From Ranitomeya imitator (taxonomy: Eukaryota): a stretch of DNA of 64,000 nucleotides. The stretch lies in contig NC_091285.1 of NCBI RefSeq assembly GCF_032444005.1, positions 313,844,001 to 313,908,000 of the forward strand, read 5' to 3'. The notes under the pieces were generated by a model. That model worked only from the letters and a program-made list of their open reading frames with translations, did not search any database and was not told the origin of the DNA. Position numbers and translations under genes: made by a program. Position 1 is the first letter of the stretch; every line of letters begins with the position of its first letter. Positions 50,696 through 61,491 of the stretch are shown in pieces.

Positions 50696-52534
50696 TGTTA
50701 TGAAAGGTAATTCAGTACCACAATGGACATAGAGGTCAGCGCTAGGGTTGAGCGACCTTTACTTTTATAGGATCGGGTCGGGTTTCACGAAACCCGACTT
50801 TTGAAAAAGTCGGGTCGAGTGAAATCGGCCGATCCTATAAAAAAGTAGGGGTCGGGGTCGGACGAAACCCGAAACCCAATGCAGTGCATTGGGTTTCCAT
50901 GGTTCCCAGGGTCTGAAGGAGCGGAAACTCTCCTTCAGGCCCTGTGATCCATATTTTAGTGTAAAATAAAGAATTAAGATAAAAAATATCGCAATACTTA
51001 CCCTCTGACGCGCCCTGGTACTAACTGGGAACCTTCCTTCCTTAGAATCAGCCTTCCAGGACCTTGCGGTGACGTCGCGGCTTGTGATTGGCCGCGCGGC
51101 CGCCCATGTGACCGCTCGCGCGGCCAATCACAAGCCGCGACGTCACCGAAGGTCCTGGAAGGGCTGATTCTTAGGAAGGAAGGCTGCCGGAAAGAAGCAG
51201 GGCGCGTCCGAGGGTGAGTATATACCTAATAGGAATATACTCACCCTCGGACGCGCCCTGCTTCTTTCCTATTCCTATTAGGTATATACTCACCCTCGGA
51301 CGCGCCCTGCTTCTTTCCGGCAGCCTTCCTTCCTAAGAATCAGCCCTTCCAGGAACTTCGGTGATGTCGCGGGTGACGTCGCGGCTTGTGATTGGCCGCG
51401 CGAGCGGTCACATGGGCGGCCGCGCGGCCAATCACAAGCCGCGACGTCACCGCGACGTCACCGCAGGGTCCTGGAAGGCTGATTCTAAGGAAGGAAGGTT
51501 CCCGGTTAGTACCAGGGCGCGTCAGAGGGTAAGTATTGCGATATTTTTTATTTTAATTCTTTATTTTACACTTAAATCTGAATTCCGATACCAATTCCCG
51601 ATATCTTAAACATATCGGGAATCGGTATCGGAATTCCGATTCTAGATTCAAAAGATCGCCGACTTCATGGCCGACCCCACACTGGGGTCGGGTTTCATGA
51701 AACCCGACCTTGCCAAAAGTCGGCGACTTTTGAAAAATTTCGACCCGTTTCGCTCAACCCTAGTCAGCGCACATACAGTGACCTGGCAATAACCCAAAAA
51801 ACAAGAACGAGCTCTGAGACGTGGGAACTCTGTTGACCGCAATCCCTAATCCTCTCCAACCACACTAAAGGCAGCCGTGGATTGCGCCTAACGCTCCCTA
51901 TGCAACTTGGCATGGCCTGAGAAACTAGCTAGCCTGAAGATAGAAAATAAGCCTACCTTGCCTCAGAGAAATACCCCAAAGGAAAAGGCAGCCCCCACAT
52001 ATAATGACTGTGAGTTAAGATGAAAAGACAAACGTAGAGATGAAATAGATTTAGCAAAGTGAGGCCCAACTTTCTGAACAGAGCGAGGATAGGAAAGGTA
52101 ACTTTGCGGTCAACACAAAACCCTACAAAAACCACGCAGAGGGGGCAAAAAGACCCTCCGTACCGAACTAACGGCACGGAGGTAAACCATCTGCGTCCCA
52201 GAGCTTCCAGCAAGCAGAAAAAAACAAATTGACAAGCTGGACAGAAAAAAACAGCAAACAAATAGCAAAGAGGAACTTAGCTATGCAGAGCAGCAGGCCA
52301 CAGGAACGATCCAGGAGGAAACAGGTCCAATACTAGAACATTGACTGGAGGCCAGGATAAAAGCACTAGGTGGAGTTAAATAGAGCAGCACCTAACGACT
52401 TCACCACATCACCTGAGGAAGGAAACTCAGAAGCCGCAGTACCACTTTCCTCCACCAACGGAAGCTCACAGAGAGAACCAGCCGAAGTACCACTTGTGAC
52501 CACAGGAGGGAGCTCTGCCACAGAATTCACAACA
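50696..52534 (-). repeat. 5' LTR of element B, interrupted by a hAT MITE
   Basis: Matches the left LTR once 50743-51770 is removed. Confidence 0.95.
50743..51762. mobile_element. hAT MITE inserted in the LTR
   Basis: TIR TAGGGTTGAGCGA / TCGCTCAACCCTA; exact 8-bp TSD GTCAGCGC (single copy in the intact LTR). Confidence 0.95.
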
Positions 52535-52776
52535 CATGACTTTCCATGGCTTTTATAATCTATTTCTTTCTTTGTGTTCAATAATTTTTTCTTGTGTCAT
52601 TTCTCATTATTACACATAATTTGATTTATGGACATGTGTGGTTTGATTTCTTTGCCTATGTGGTATGGATAAGGTGTTACCGACACTTGGTGAGACTTTC
52701 ATGTCAATAGCACCTTTAGAAATATATTTTACTAAGAAAATTGGTGACATGTTCAATGCTTATTTCACCTGATGTA

Positions 52777-54562
52777 CAGTTGAACCTAGAAGTTTACATA
52801 CACTATATAAAAAGACACATATGAATGTTTTTCTCTATATATGACATGAAACCAGAATAAACCTTTTCTGTTTTAAGTCAATTAGGATTAGCATCATTTT
52901 TAATATTTGCCAAATGCCAGAAAAATGAGAGCGAGAGAATGTTTTAAGGCATTTTTATTAATAGTATTTGGTACCATTGCACTTAAACTGAATGACTTGG
53001 GTCAAAGGTTTGGGATATCCTTCCACAAGCTTCTCACAATAGTTGGTCAGAATTTGGGCCCATTCCTCCTGACAGAACTGGTGTAACTGATCCAGGTTTG
53101 TAAATAATAAATTTTATAAATTTTCAATATGATTGAGGTCAGGGCTTTGTGTTGGCCACTACAAAACATTGACTTTATTATCCTTAAGCCACTTTGTTAC
53201 CATTTTGGCACTATGCTTCGGGTCACTGTCCATTTGGAATAATTATAAATAACAAAAAACTGACTGGCACATCCAAAAGTGTGAATAGGTGCATACGAGG
53301 GTCAGCTACCTCCATATACAACATACAAAAAAAAAGGTTGAACTCTGTCGTGCAATGTGAAGTATATGAAATATGAATAGCAATATGGCTTCTGAATATT
53401 AGGAAAAAAATGAGACGCTTTGCACATAATTTGGCCAAATCATGCCTATCCATCAACCATTGTCAAGGTGATCTCAAACAACTGCTGGGTCCCTACGTAT
53501 CAATATGAATACCTCTCTTAGGCTGATGACTGAATTTTTGGGTGAATGTGGACACCTCTCAGAAAAGCCTGCATTTATGGGTAGGTAGGAAATTGCTGTA
53601 ATTAAAATCACCACATGTTGAAGGCTGGAGTGCTCAGTCAGTAAGCTAACATACAAATAAGAAAAAAACTGACTGGCACATCCAAACTAGTGTGTATATG
53701 TGGGTACCAGGAGCAGCTACCTCCTGATCGGCAGGCATGATTTGGCCAAATTATGTGCAAGGCGTCTCATTTTTTTCCTAATATTCAGAAGCTGTATTGC
53801 TATTCATATTTCATATATTTCACATTGACACGCTTTAGCACGATAGAGTGCAATTTTCATTGTAACGATGGTCATTATGGACAAAAAGTTCAATTTTAGT
53901 TTCATCAGACCACAGGACATGTCTCCAAAAATTAAGGTCTTTGTTCATGTGTGCATTTGCAAACATAAATCTGGCTTTTTTTATGTTTCTTTTGGAGTAA
54001 TGGCTTCTTCCTGACTAAATGGCCTTTCAGCCCATGTTGATACAGTACTTATTTCACTGTGGATATTGACACAATCTTAACAACTTCTGCTATCATCTTC
54101 ACAAGATTTTGATATGCCACAATCCAAAGCACATTCATCTCTGGGACACAGACCCCTTCTTCTTCATGAGCAGTATGATGGCTGGAAATTCACATCTTGT
54201 TTGTACTCGCGTACAATTGTTTGTACAGGTGTGCATTAAAATACATCCACAGGCGTGTCTCTAATTAACTCAGATGTTGCCAAAAAAGCTTCCAAACACA
54301 TGATATCATCATATGGGCAGTCCCAAATTATTTAAAGGCATAGGAATCTTAGTGTATGTAAGCTTTTGACTTTGCAGTAAGTAATTGAAATACCTTAAAA
54401 CATTCTCTCTCTCATTATTCTGGCACTTGGCAAATATTAATAATTATGGTAATCCTAATTTACCTAAATCGGGAAACGTTTATTCTGATTTCATATCAGA
54501 TATTGAGAAAAACATGCTTATGTGTCTTTTATATAGTGTATGTAAACATCTAGTTTCAACTG
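52777..54562 (-). mobile_element. Decayed Tc1 with Sleeping Beauty/Tdr1-like termini
   Basis: TA|cagttgaacctagaagtttacatacact ... agtgtatgtaaacatctagtttcaactg|TA; antisense transposase remnants; unrelated insert at about 53248-53860. Confidence 0.8.
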
Positions 54563-55254
54563 TATATAGTTATGATTTAAAATGAAAATCTGTTTTCCCT
54601 AAGATCTGTAAGAAGCACAACAGATGGGGGATATTCCCTGTGAGCTGATAGGACAGTCTTTGTCAACAACAAAAAAAAAGGAAAAGCATTATAGCTGTCA
54701 TAATATGACAATGCAAAAACATTTTTTGCAATTAATAGTAGCTAATGTGCAAAAGTAAAAAAAAATACCTGCAAAAAAGGAAGGGATCATCCAACAATAG
54801 TAGAGACTAAGTAAATACATTTTATTAACAAACCAAAAAGATCAAAACATATAAAATACAGATATGCCAAATGCAACATACAGGAGAAGAAAAAGACACT
54901 GAACGAAAATGTGTCCAGAATGAGGTCTGTATAATGTACTGCTACGTACATATAAAGAAAGTCAAAGCCATCAGTAGCATAGGGAAAGCAGAAGTTATTA
55001 ATGTTTTTTAAAGCATTTATGTAACTCAATTGTGTTATATAGGGCTGGTTAGGGCTGGAGTTTAATAATACATATGTGAATTCTGGTGGATTGGAGGGCA
55101 CAAGGCAACTGACAGGCTCCCTGTGTGCTTATCTGGTGAGGTGCATTTTTTAAGCAGTATGTCTGAGCAACATAAATGGAGGCGACAGGGCAGCAGAAGT
55201 GGGTCTTGCTAGATGACACATGGATATGTGAGGAGCGGGACAGAAGTGTATGTA

Positions 55255-55876
55255 GTCTACCACCCTACCCATGCCCTCCGCTCCGCTAATGACCTCAGGT
55301 TAGCATACTCAATAATCAGAACCTCCCACTCCCGTCTCCAAGACTTTACACTGCGCCGATTCTTTGGAATGCACTACCTAGGTTAATACGATTAATCCCC
55401 AATCCCCACAGTTTTAAGCGTACCCTAAAAACTCATTTGTTCAGATTGGCCTATCGCCTCAATGCATTAACCTAACGATCCCTGTGTGGCCTATTTAAAA
55501 AAGAAAAAAAAAACAATCAGGTTCCTCGCATCATGTTCTCATTCACTTTATGCAGTTAATAGCCCTCTGTGTCTGTACTGCTACATACTTAGGCAGTTAA
55601 CTGGTTCATGCAGCTTTACATGAACACCCGAGCCTTACACTATGGCCGGTCCGAATAACTATAGTAATTGTTACCATCCACCTCTCGTGTCTCCCCTTTT
55701 CCTCATAGTTTGTAAGCTTGCGAGAGGGCCCTCATTCCTCTTGGTATCTATTTTGAACTGTATTTCTGTTATGCTGTAATGTCTATTGTCTGTACAAGTC
55801 CCCTCTATAATTTGTAAAGCGCTGCAGAATATGTTGGCGCTATATAAATAAAAATTATTATTATTATTATTATTAT
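55255..55876 (+). mobile_element. 5'-truncated L2-type LINE (ORF2 C-terminus, 3' UTR, (ATT)n tail)
   Basis: Reads YHPTHALRSANDLRL...SRLQDF / APILWNALPRLIRL...SFKRTLKTHLFRLAY; ends tgtaaagcgctgcagaatatgttggcgctatataaataaa(att)n. Confidence 0.8.
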
Positions 55877-57453
55877 GATGCAGGATAAATTAGCAGACAG
55901 GTTAGCAGATTATGTAACACAGATGCAGCAGAACCAGGTGTGATACGCATGAGTATAGCAACAATATAGGAGCTGGCAATCTTCCTGCAGAGAAGCAGTT
56001 GTCTGGTATCTTTCAGCTACAAAATGGTTGAACACAGAAATAACTGAGAAGTAAATACAATTTGGTATCTTTCAGCCTGGCAGTGGTTAGTACCAGCAAT
56101 GGACAGAGAAGTAAGTGCAGTCTGGAGTCAGCTTGGAAACCATACAAATTGTAGCATGGAAGTGAGGTGTACCTTAGGAATTGATATACACCTTGCTGGA
56201 ACTCAGTCAAATGAAGTAGACAAAATCTCCTGACCAACGTGACGCAACTGTGGACAATGCTACTTAGGTAAACAATAAGAGTTAGTTGGGTGGCGGCCAA
56301 TTAGTGAAGGAAGGTAGACAAAGAACTTGACAGGACATGAGAATAACAGTTGTCCAAAAAATCATTGCTCATACTGCTCCGTTTTATGAAGACACTGCCT
56401 CTTCACACATAAGGCTATGTTGGTGGGGGACAGAGAGGAGCTGTAGGGTGGGTGGGCCAGCTGCATATGTAGGGTGGGTGGGCCAGCTGCATTGCCAGCC
56501 TCATGACTTATGTAATTGGAGATTGGGTTTGAGGTGGCCTTTGATAATAACTGATTTCATGAACAGTGGGCTTCTTGACTGACACTATCCGCTGCACACT
56601 GGAGCGTGGTAGTGGGCCCCTTTTTTTGCACATTTTCTTTTAGCCCTTAATGGCAGTGCTGCCGGTACTACCCTGATAGTGGTGCTGTTGTCCTCTGTTG
56701 TGGCTACTATCATTAGAAGGGATGCTAAGATGTAGCAGACCCACCGAGTCTAATCTATGTCACTACAGAACCTTATTGTTATCAAAATTCTTTTTGGTGT
56801 CCACCGTGAGCACCATCTGAGAACAATTCATCAATCAGTATCCCAAATCATAGATTTCTTGACCCCTTTGTGATTTAAGAGTAAGTCCATTACGTTACAT
56901 TAGGAGCTGATCATTATGTTTTTATTTACTTTCTTGAGCCAAGTCTAAATTGTGTAAAACCAGAATAAAAACAATTTACAACATGTAAAGTGAACTCTTA
57001 TCTTACTAAATAAATCTGCATTGCGAAATAGACTGTTGGACAGTTAAAGCAGTTCTGGTGTGCGACACTTGTGTGCCGAGTGCAAATATTTACTGCTATT
57101 CATTACACTTCCCTAATCTGCTCATAAAGCAATTTATTTATTTGAAATTTGTAACTCTGAGTATTATATTGGTGTCGGGATTGATAGAAATTCTAGTGAA
57201 TTATTATGTATTCACTGTCTTGTCACTTTTGGCAGCTCAGCCTTCTTTTGATGATGCAAGTGTCGCTGTCATTAGCTGCCAATGCCATTTCTTTGTAATT
57301 ACATTTTCTTTGAACTTTTTGTGGCCTAGCCTATGATGGCATTATGCCAATGTATCAAAAGGAACAACATAGTAATGTGCAAAACATTCATTATGGCACC
57401 TCAAGTTTTCTTTAGTATATACAGACCTCATGGACTTTGCATTACATGATCTA

Positions 57454-59059
57454 CAGTGGGTACGGAAAGTATTCAGACCCCTTTAAATTGTTCACTCTGT
57501 TTCATTGCAGCCATTTGGTAAATTCAAAAAAGTTCATTTTGTTCTCATTAATGTACACTCTGCACCCCATCTTGACTGAAAAAAACAGAAATATAGAAAT
57601 TTTTGCTAATTTATTAAAATAGAAAAATTGAAATACCACATGGTCATAAGTATTCAGACCCTCTGCTCAGTATTGAGTAGAAGCACCCTTTTGAGCTAGT
57701 ACAGCCATGAGTCTTCTTGGGAATGATGCAACAAGTTTTTCACACCTGGATTTGGAGATCCTCTGCCATTCTTCCTTGCAGATCCTCTTCAGTTCCATCA
57801 GGTTGGATGGTTAACGTTGGTGGACAGCCATTTTCAGGTCTCTTCAGAGATGCTCAATTAGGTTTAGGTCAGGGCTCAGGCTGGACCAGTCAAGAATGGT
57901 CACAGAGTTGTTCTCAAGCCACGCCTTTGTTATTTTAGTTTTGTGCTTAGAGTCATTGTCTTGTTGGAAGGTGAACCTTCGGCCAAGTCTGAGGTCCAGG
58001 GCACTCTGGAAGAGGTTTTCATCCAGGGTATCTCTGTACTTGGCTGCGTTCATGTTTCCTTCAATGGCAACCAGTCATCCTGTCCCTGCCGCTGAAAAAC
58101 ACCCCCATAGCACGATGCTGCCACCACCATGTTTCACTGTTGGGATTGTATTGGGCAGGTGGTGAGCAGTGCCTGGTTTTCTCCACACATACCGCTTAGA
58201 TTTATCACCAAAAAGGTCTGTCTTTGTCTCATCAGACCAGAGAATGTTATTTTTCATAGTCTGGGAGTCCTTCATATGTTTTTTAGCAAACTCTATGCAG
58301 GCTTTCATATGTCTTGCACTGAGGAGAGGCTTCCATTGGGCCACTCCATAAAGGCCCGACTGGTGGAGGGCTGCAGTGATAGTTGACTTTGTGGAACTTT
58401 CTCCCATCTCCCTACTGCATCTCTGGAGCTCAGCCACAGTGATCTTGGGGTCCTTCTTTACCTCTCTCACCAAGGCTCTTCTCTCATGATTGCTTAGTTT
58501 GACCTGGCCAAGTCTAGGAAGACTTCTGGTGGTCCCAAACTTCTTCCATTTAAGGATTATGGAGGCCACTGTGCTCTTAGGAACCTTGAGTACTGCAGAA
58601 ATTCTTTTGTAACTTTGGCCAGATCTGTGCCTTGTGATCTGTTTCTGAGCTCCTTGGCCAGTTCCTTTGACCTCATGATTCTCATTTGGTCTGACATGCA
58701 CTGTACTGTGAGCTGTGAGGTCTTATATAGACAGGTGTGTGCCTTTCCAAATCAAGTCCTATCAGTTTAATTAAACACAGCTGGACTCCAATGAAGGAGT
58801 AGAACCATCTCAAGGAGGATCACAAGGAAATGGACAGCATGTGACTTAAATGTGAGTGTCTGAGCAAAGGGTCTGAATACTTATGACCATGTGACCATGT
58901 GACCTTATGACCATGTGACATTTCTGTTCATTTCAGTCAAGATGGGGTGCAGAGTGTACATTAATGAGAAAAAATTTACTTTTTTAAATTTACCAAATGG
59001 CTGCAATGAAACAAAGAGTGAAAAATGTAAAGGGGTCTGAGTACTTTCCGTACCCACTG
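57454..59059 (-). mobile_element. Full-length but decayed Tc1 transposon
   Basis: TA|cagtgggtacggaaagtattcagacccc ... ggggtctgagtactttccgtacccactg|TA; transposase pieces 58075-58701 (WSDETK) and 57844-58053 (FQQDND...SPDLNLIEHL). Confidence 0.9.
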
Positions 59060-59908
59060 TATATTTTGTGTCTACAAGTTCAAAAAACAATAGTAATGCA
59101 AAAAGTTTGTAACACAATTAGGCTCCTACTAGGTAGATTTGCTGGAATTGTCTCTTAATACATATTCCTAATGCAGAGAGAGTGGGGACTTTCTGTTTCC
59201 GCATAGCTCTTGTCGCTAACATTTTACTAGCTCCATATGTTCATATTAGTCATCCGGGTGAAGTGCTAATGAGTGTCATTTTTATTCTTTGGGAATGTGC
59301 TCATATGTTTACTCAGGTATGGGAGTACAATAAATTAAATCAGATGCCACCTTGGAGGTTGATTATTTAACAGAAAGACAAGTACATCAGTTATTAGTCC
59401 CTAGAAGCGAAGGGCAAGTTGACCTTTATGTGCTTTAGAACAATAGTGAAAATAATAAGTATTTAAGGCATGGAGTGCCCAGCATCTGGCAATGACTTCT
59501 CTTGTGTAATATATACTGTAAGGCATGTTGAAATGTTCACATGCTGAAAAAGTAATGCATCTAGTTTCTATTGTCTTTTCTGTCACTTGTTATCTTGATT
59601 TTGTACAAAGGCTGTAATTTATATCAGACTGTACATTGCTTTGTAATATAAGCAGCAGTAGCTATCCCCTTTATATATGTAAGTGTTCAGCTATGCTTTG
59701 TAGTAGCATTGAGTTCATTCCTAAAAACTCTGCCACAGCTGAGACCATTGTTTCAAACAGTATCGTACATTTTTCTAGCGGAGTAAGTATTTGAGGGGTG
59801 CATTTTTTTTAAATAGTATCACTTTTGGAGTTCCCAATATATATGCCCCTCAAGGTCCATTGACATTTTATAGAAACAGGTTTTGTAAATTTGTTGAAAA
59901 AATTAGAA

Positions 59909-60183
59909 AAATATTTAGAATTGAGAGTCCTCAGTGGTTGATACCTTTTCATGGCTAACTGAAAAGATGGTAACAAATTGCAAGCTTTCGAGACTACTCC
60001 AGCTCCTTCATCAGGCATAGACTGACTTCAGAATTTCTTTTAGTCTTTGCCTGATGAAGGGACCGGAGTAGTCTCGAAAGCTTGCAATTTGTTACCATCT
60101 TTTCAGTTAGCCATGAAAAGGTATCAACCACTGAGGACTCTCAATTCTAAATATTTGTCTATCCACTGGCTAACAGTTTTTCC
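59909..60183. mobile_element. Penelope-like retroelement terminal fragment in inverted (head-to-head) duplication
   Basis: Arms 59909-60023 and 60042-60156 are reverse complements; 18-bp flanking duplication tgttgaaaaaattagaaa (59892-59909, 60184-60201); each arm has a CTGATGA...GAAA motif. Confidence 0.75.
60047..60087 (+). ncRNA. Minimal type I hammerhead ribozyme motif
   Basis: Stem I TTGC/GCAA, core CTGATGA, stem II GGGAC/GTCTC, GAAA, palindromic AGCT in place of stem III; mirror copy on the minus strand at about 59978-60018. Confidence 0.65.
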
Positions 60184-60613
60184 TGTTGAAAAAATTAGAA
60201 ATTACTGCAAAAATTTTAACCCCTCTAACATCCTTGCAAAATAAAATTACTTTTGAAAAATGATGCAGATGTAAAACAGACATATGGGAAATGTTATTTA
60301 TTAATTATTTTGTAAAGCATGACTAACGTTTAAGAATATAAAGATTGAAAGTTTGAAAATTATGATTTTCTTCAAAGTTTTCACCAAAATTGCGATATTT
60401 TCACAAATAAGCGAAAGTCATATAGAACAAATTTTACCTCTATCATGAAGTACAATATGGCACTAAAAATTTTGGGATCCATTGAAGCGTTCCAGGGTTA
60501 TTACCACATAAAGTGAAACTGGTCAGATTTCTAAAATGTGGTCTGGTCATTAATGTCAAAATTGGCTCCATCACTAAGGGGTTAAAAGTCATCATATTTA
60601 TTTATCGTTATAG

Positions 60614-60709
<96 letters not shown>

Positions 60710-61087
60710 TAAGGCTAAGATTATATTTTCAGCTTCCAGCACCATATCTTATAACAGCTATTACCTTGCTTTGAATAAATGTCACGCAGAAAATCCACTG
60801 CAATAATAAAGTCACTGTCTGTGGTGTTGGTAAGTAATCCTTCTGTATATGTCAATTTTAGTATTAGCTTGCAGCCATCTAAAAGGTCACCTACCTTGGT
60901 TTTTCATGGCTCCATATGCCATAAAACATATTTTCTATAGAAGATATATTGTATCCATACATACTTTGCACATGGGGCAGCTTAAAAAAAGAAGCAGATT
61001 AGCTTTTATTTTATAGGCTGAACCCTAACTTCAGAGTGAAAAATATTTACAACCATAATATTATTTCTCCTTTCAAAACAAGACTAA

Positions 61088-61491
61088 GGGTACCGTCTCA
61101 CAGTGGCACTTTGGTCACTACGACGGCACGATCCGTGACGTTCCAGCGATATCCTTACGATCTCGCTGTGTCTGACACGCTCCTGCGATCAGGGACCCCG
61201 CTGAGAATCGTACGTCGTAGCAGATCGTTTGAAACTTTCTTTCGTCGTCAAGTTTCCCGCTGTGGCGGCATGATCGCATCATGTAACAAAGGTGTGCACA
61301 ATATTGTATACGATGTGCGCATAGTAACCAACAGCTTCTACATTGCAAACACGTCATGAAATTATCGCTCCAGCGTCGTGCATTGCGAAGTGTGACCGCT
61401 GTCTACGACGCTGGAGCAATAATGGAGCGATGCTGGAGCGTCACGGATCGTGCCGTCGTAACGACCAAAGTGCCACTGTGAGACGGTACCC
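61088..61491. mobile_element. PIF/Harbinger MITE
   Basis: TAA|gggtaccgtctcacagtggcactttggtc ... gaccaaagtgccactgtgagacggtaccc|TAA; related to 29317-30063. Confidence 0.9.

Larger units (their letters stand above)
45697..52534 (-). mobile_element. Full-length Ty3/Gypsy chromovirus (Tf1/sushi-type) LTR retrotransposon B
   Basis: 811-bp TG...CA LTRs (45697-46507; 50696-52534 including a 1020-bp hAT insert), about 9 substitutions by eye; flanking duplication CATGAC; PPT aagggggggg; single gag-pol ORF. Confidence 0.97.
44790..52775 (-). mobile_element. Old Tc1 remnant split by retrotransposon B (44790-45696 and 52535-52775)
   Basis: Degenerate antisense transposase motifs (gctgggccattc...ttgggatcattgtc; ctcatctgacca) and terminal aatgcttatttcacctgatgta. 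Confidence 0.6.
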
